Assembly: GCA_030770535.1 (NCBI GenBank)
Contig: JASVEC010000027.1
Span: forward strand, 620,001 to 684,000
DNA from: Batkoa obscura
Taxonomy: Eukaryota
Length of the DNA: 64,000 bases
Direction of reading: 5' to 3'
Both the position numbers and the translations under genes were made by a program. Under the pieces are notes generated by a model, which had not been told where the DNA came from, ran no database searches, and saw only the letters and a list, made by a program, of their open reading frames with translations. Positions within the stretch are counted from its first letter, which is position 1, and every line of letters begins with the position of its first letter. Positions 58,857-64,000 of the stretch are shown here, in pieces.

Positions 58857-60091
58857 TTAGTAAAATAGATTTTGACATATATCAAGTAATTCATTATTAA
58901 AATCTCCTGCCATGTTCCAATATGTAATTCCTCTTAAGTTATTTAGTTTTATATAATCAACTTTAAGTTGAATTGAAACGGGGTCATCATACGATATGAA
59001 CTTATAAGTCTTATTATTAAATAGCCATGGCGTTAAGCTAACTTTATCAAAATACCTTACATAGTTAGATTCTGCGTTTGGGGTAAATGGATCTTCTTTT
59101 AGAATATCTTTACGTAAATTTTTATATTGATAATATCCATTGTATAAAGCAGGCGCTTCTAAACATGCTTTGTTTTTTTGTTTATGATCATCTTTATCCC
59201 CTTTGGAATAGTTGGTTCTGCTGGTTGATGTATTGATTTATCCTTGGTCATATCTATTTTACTTGTTTGTGCTCGGCCATAAAACGCTAGCCCCCCACAA
59301 ATTTTGTTTAGCGGAAAACCGGCTTTATGCCAAGAATAAATAGATTGTATAAATGAATTAGGTGTATTGTTAGCGCTCATTAACGGCGAGTTTGATCCAG
59401 TAAAAGTATTGCCTCCATTTAGGTCATATGCCATAATGTTAATAAAATCAAAATATTTAGCGAATTCACTAACATCATTCATTGGTTTACCATCAGGTCC
59501 ATCAAATGGTTCTACTCTTACTGCAGCAGTTAGTAACTTTCGATTATGTGGGAATTCTTTATCTAATGCACATCTTAATTCCTTTAACAATTCTAAATAA
59601 TTTTTAGAATCCTCTTTTGAATAAATATTGCACAAATCTCCTTTTCTTCCTGGATACTCCCAATCAATATCAATTCCATCTAAATCCCACTCCGTTTGTT
59701 GTGTATCTTCTTTTTTAGTATTCTTTCTTAAAAATTTTATAGCATTATTAATGAAAGATGTACGGTACTCCTTTTTTGTTACTATTTTTGAAAATGTTTG
59801 AGACCCAGTCCACCCACCTAAAGATATCAATGTTTTGACTCCATGTTTCTTAGCTAACTTAGTTAAGTTACGTAAGTGTGGACCATCATAATGAATATCA
59901 AAGCCAATATCGGTTAAATTGGTTAGCTTTGTTAAGGTACCAAACGCATAGTTGATATGTGTTAACTTATCATATGGTGCCTGATCTGGCATTATTTTGT
60001 CCCATGGAGCGTAGTAGCCTACTATTACTTTATTGAAACAAATAATTGTGGATAAGAAAAAAACTAGATTTACGAACAAACTTAAGTTCAT
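58857..60091 (-). pseudogene. GH18 chitinase (Chi5) with a 1-bp frameshift (pseudogene or assembly error)
   Basis: Track ORF goes out of frame at PKG (59198-59204); alternate frame continues DKDDHK..YYQYKNLRKD..ISYDDP..YWNMAGDFNNELL..LFY* to 58857. Confidence 0.8.
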
Positions 60092-61065
60092 TTTAAAAAA
60101 TTGAGCTTTATTAACTTTGATTTGGTTTTATACTTTCTTGATTTCAGCTGTTCCAATTCTTTTATAACATTTTAGCGGTGATTTATATAATTAAATTTCG
60201 AATGCTCACTTTTTAAAGCTTCATATTTATATATTAATTGAATTTTAGCATAATTTCTTTTTCTTAAATGAATAGTAAAATTAGTTAAAAAGAGTTGTAA
60301 CTATAGTTTTTGGTTGGGTGAATTTGGCTAAAGTCAAAATTAATAAGGGATGAGTTTATTGTCACTAAGGTTTTTGATGATAGCATTGAGCTTTGTAAGT
60401 TGGATTTAAGCCATGAAAAAGCTGTTATATAAATTTTATAAATGACAGTATCGATATAAAAAAATGTTGTTATCAATATTTATCATTAGCATAGACATAA
60501 TATTTGCTTAGAAATTCAAGAGAGGTATTTATAAGCTAAGTACCGCTGTTTTTTTAACTATTTTTCCATTACTGGTCAAACTTTAAATATTAACTTATTT
60601 AAAAAATATGATCTTTAATTTAACTACAGTTTTTATTACAATAAGACAGACAATTTCGATATGTTATTTACAAATTATAAAAGGTCCTTTAAGCTAAAAT
60701 TATTAGGAATTTATAAAAACTCGAATGAAAATCAGTAAAACATAAAGATAATTTGTAAAATTTAAACTTTTTAATATTATAATATTTGAAATATACACAG
60801 ATGAAGTATATATGATTTAATATTAATTTTATTGAATTGTTCCGCTTTTTTTAATAAATTATATTTTAAAAAACAGGTTTTTTATTTACTTTTAAAATAA
60901 CCAAAATTTGCAAAAATTAGTCTCAATAGAATCATATTCTAACATACATTTTATTTTTAGATTAGTATGTATAAAAAGCTTAATAAGATGTGCTAACTGT
61001 TAAATAGTAATTTTTTTTGCTTACTTACTAAGTTATCATGTTTCATTGAACATATATCAATACAT

Positions 61066-61163
61066 GGGCGTGTTTTTTCTGGTTTCATCACTTTTTCCAT
61101 TTTTTAAGCCCTATTTGAGTGGTAAGACTATTGGTAAAATTCTTAAACAAAAAATATATCCTC
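61066..61163 (-). mobile_element. MITE family A
   Basis: Core match; ACAT TSD. Confidence 0.85.
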
Positions 61164-61497
61164 ACATATACAATTTTTCAATTTAAATGAAATCAATTTT
61201 AAAAAGGACAAATTTTAGGTTGTCAATGAAGCTAATCAGACATTTTTTTTAGGACAGGAGGAAGTGTTTACAGTTGTTGAACTTCAAATTTGCAGTGTTC
61301 TCTCCAATTGATGTAAATGTGGATGGACATTTGTATTTTATATTTTTTGAATTCATTCTTAGTGAGTTTTTATTTTTATTTTACAAAATATAAAATTTGG
61401 AGAAAACATTGCAGATTTAGTTTAACAGAGCTGTACTGTAAGTGGCTATTACTTTTTTTGAGAAATAAATTTCATCATAATTAAGCAAAAACTATAA

Positions 61498-61590
61498 GGG
61501 GTGTTTTTTGGTTTTGTCACTTTTTCTATTTTTAAACGATATTAAGCTGAAAAAATGTAGTAAATTTCTTAAACAAAAAGAGATATCCCC
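61498..61590 (-). mobile_element. MITE family A
   Basis: Diverged core; ATAA TSD. Confidence 0.8.
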
Positions 61591-62352
61591 ATAATCTACT
61601 TTCATGAATAATTTCAAAGTTTTATTTAGTTTATCGAACATTTTAGAGAATAAATGTCATGACAAACACATTAGAGGGTATAAATTATCTTTTCTTTAAT
61701 ATACGAAATACAAGTATAAAAAAAAGCTTAATAAACTATAAATGCCGAATAATTTGTTATTGGTAATGGTAGCTAAATTATAAAATTTAATAAATGTACC
61801 GCCCCTACCAGTTATTCCTCAAAAAGTTCTCATTTTTTAAGATTTCATTCATTTTTTAAGAAGCAATTCCCTACTTTGATTTCATCTTCAAATAAAATGT
61901 CTTTTTTGTGCATGATGGCATGAAATCTTTAAATATTATAGCTTTATTCTTTATGATTAAACTTGGATATTGATCTGCCTCTCTACTAAATTTGTCATCA
62001 CAAAAGTAATCTAAATGTGCTTTTTTTTACATAATTTGATACTTTTACCAATTAAACGTTTTTGAATAGCTAGTGATATTATAATTACATAGTAACATTT
62101 AACTTATAAAACAGTCAAATTATGAAAGAAAAAGCACATTTAAATTGTTTTTGTAATATATTTAGTGGCTTACATATCAGTATTTTCAAACTTTAATAAA
62201 AGTAATTCTAAAATAAATTTTTGTGTGCTTTAATAAAAAAATTAGAATAATTATTCTTTTTATATAAAACTTTAATCAAAGATTTAGTATATAAATAGTT
62301 TTTTTTAATCTAATTCTTTTGTCTAAAAAAATTAACTTTGTATTATATTTAA

Positions 62353-63264
62353 ATGGATGACAATAGCCCCCTCTTTTCAATCAACTACTTCATCATTGCT
62401 TTAGCATTCGTAGCAGTATTCTTAAATAATTTTTTGATTTTTATCTGTTTTAAAGTAAAACCATTAACAAAAGACTTAAAGTTAATAATTGCAGTTGCAT
62501 CAGTAGAACTTTTCGCGCCATTAGTAACATCTATAGATTACTTGCATTACTTCATATATGGTATAAAACTGATTAAGATCAACTTGGGCTGCCAAATCCT
62601 GGGATTTATTATAGGAGCAGCTTATTATTATGAGATTCAAATAAATGTATTTTTAGCTTTGGAAAGATTGTGCAAAGTATCCGAGATTAAATTATCAAAA
62701 TACGTGTATTTAGCGATTCATCTAAATGGATTAGGTTTTATTGGATTAGGCATTTATTGTGTATCGCAGCATTTAATGGTGCCATCTGCTACTGAGTTAG
62801 TATGTGAGTATCCTGTAGTAAATTCGATCATTGGATCGATTACATATTTTTATTCAATTTTTAGCTTTTTTATTGGGGTAATAGTAATTACCTGTTGCTA
62901 CTATAAATTGGCTAGGAGTGTAACCAAAATGAAAGAATTTGTACAACTTGAGATGAACTCTAATTCTAATGTAAATAGACCTAAAGGTGATAGGAAGTCC
63001 AACTACAATTCAGTATTTATTAAGCTATATACGATTTTAGCCATCTATACCACTTGTATGTTTGGCTCTTTTTTATTTCATTTATTAGGTAGTATTCTCC
63101 ACAATGTTTATGGTGAAGTAAATCCAACGGTTCTTATTATGAATCAACTTGCGGAAATTACATTCCTTATTGGTATCTTAGCTAATTCAAGTTTCTTTTT
63201 AATATTACATACGGGTATTGCAAACGAAGCGAAGAAATTTTGTGCCAATATTATATGTTGGTAG
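62353..63264 (+). CDS. Rhodopsin-class-like 7TM receptor (GPCR6)
   Basis: Paralog; GCQ, LALERL, CCYY. Confidence 0.8.
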   Translation: MDDNSPLFSINYFIIALAFVAVFLNNFLIFICFKVKPLTKDLKLIIAVASVELFAPLVTSIDYLHYFIYGIKLIKINLGCQILGFIIGAAYYYEIQINVFLALERLCKVSEIKLSKYVYLAIHLNGLGFIGLGIYCVSQHLMVPSATELVCEYPVVNSIIGSITYFYSIFSFFIGVIVITCCYYKLARSVTKMKEFVQLEMNSNSNVNRPKGDRKSNYNSVFIKLYTILAIYTTCMFGSFLFHLLGSILHNVYGEVNPTVLIMNQLAEITFLIGILANSSFFLILHTGIANEAKKFCANIICW

Positions 63265-64000
63265 TTGATAGGAAGTTATTTGTTTTGCTGAGTTTTTCAA
63301 TTGATAATTTTTTTTACCCTACTATTTCATTCCGTTTTAATAAAGTATTATTACTTATATCAGTAACTTTGACCAAAAGTTTAACATATTACTTAGCTAA
63401 AGTTTTGTCATTTTATTCGGGATGACTCAATTAGTGCAGAGCAATCCCCTTTTACAATGATGCTTCTAAAAACTTGCCTAAAGCAAAGTTCAATAGAGCT
63501 CATCTATAAGAATGATATAAAGGTGGACATAAATGAGTTTTAAAAATAGCTTGATTCATAAAATCGACCCACTTTAGTCAAAATTATAAATACTTGACTA
63601 AATATGCAATAGTTTATCATGCTAACTGATCTCAGATTTTCAAAATCTCAGAGCTTTGTAATTAGATCAAAACTTTGTGAATTATAGCCAATTCCCTAAG
63701 AATATTGGAAAATGGTTTTTGTTATAGTATATAAAATTATATAATGTTCTCATCATTCCAATACTAACTCGTGTTTAATAGCAATATAAGCTTACTCTTG
63801 AAAAAATTTCATTTATAAAAAGCCATGGACTTTAGTTGAAGTGCTATATTATGGCAAAACATTCCGATTTATGCAAATAGGAACAATAATAATCCGTACC
63901 CAAGGCTAATCTAACTTAATTTAAGCAACAAAATTAGAAATCCTATAAAAAGATAATCCTTAATTAAGCTTAAAAAAAACGCTATTTCAAAAAATACAAC

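Noticed and set aside
59198..59204. Programmed -1 frameshift in Chi5
   Set aside because: A AAG GGG is not a canonical eukaryotic slippery heptamer and no stimulatory structure was evident.
438..61590. Family A repeats as a CRISPR-like array or ncRNA gene family
   Set aside because: Dispersed, in both orientations, with TIR-like ends and individual 4-bp TSDs: MITEs.
17637..63264. 7TM genes as light-sensing opsins
   Set aside because: No TM7 lysine six residues before the conserved Asn; that position is L or F.

Overview
AT-rich, intron-containing eukaryotic DNA, most likely from an early-diverging fungus (Entomophthorales-like; inferred from gene content only). Host genes: five GH18 chitinases (one with a CBM19-like tail, one frameshifted), six intronless rhodopsin-class-like 7TM receptors, an SreA/Fep1-type iron GATA repressor, an Och1-like GT32, a Zip3/RNF212-like RING gene, an SLC35F-like transporter, a complex I NDUFA7/NUZM-like subunit, an HMT1/ABCB6-like ABC half-transporter and two small secreted proteins. 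Mobile DNA: a Sola2-like DNA transposon (22-bp TIRs, ATAT TSD), about 19 related ~97-bp MITEs, an intact Ty3/gypsy element with apparently identical 473-bp LTRs nested in the transposase, three solo LTRs and minor foldback elements. The most striking pattern is that all four gypsy insertions lie in Sola-family DNA. Two independent solo LTRs sit in the same register and orientation, with their 4-bp TSD centred on the MITE/host junction, which suggests a retrotransposon that targets DNA-transposon ends. Also notable: six ATCWGATAA boxes in the SreA gene's own promoter, a degenerate dUTPase and an AT-hook-like motif in Pol, and apparent gene conversion between inverted chitinases. All calls were made by eye, with no database searches.
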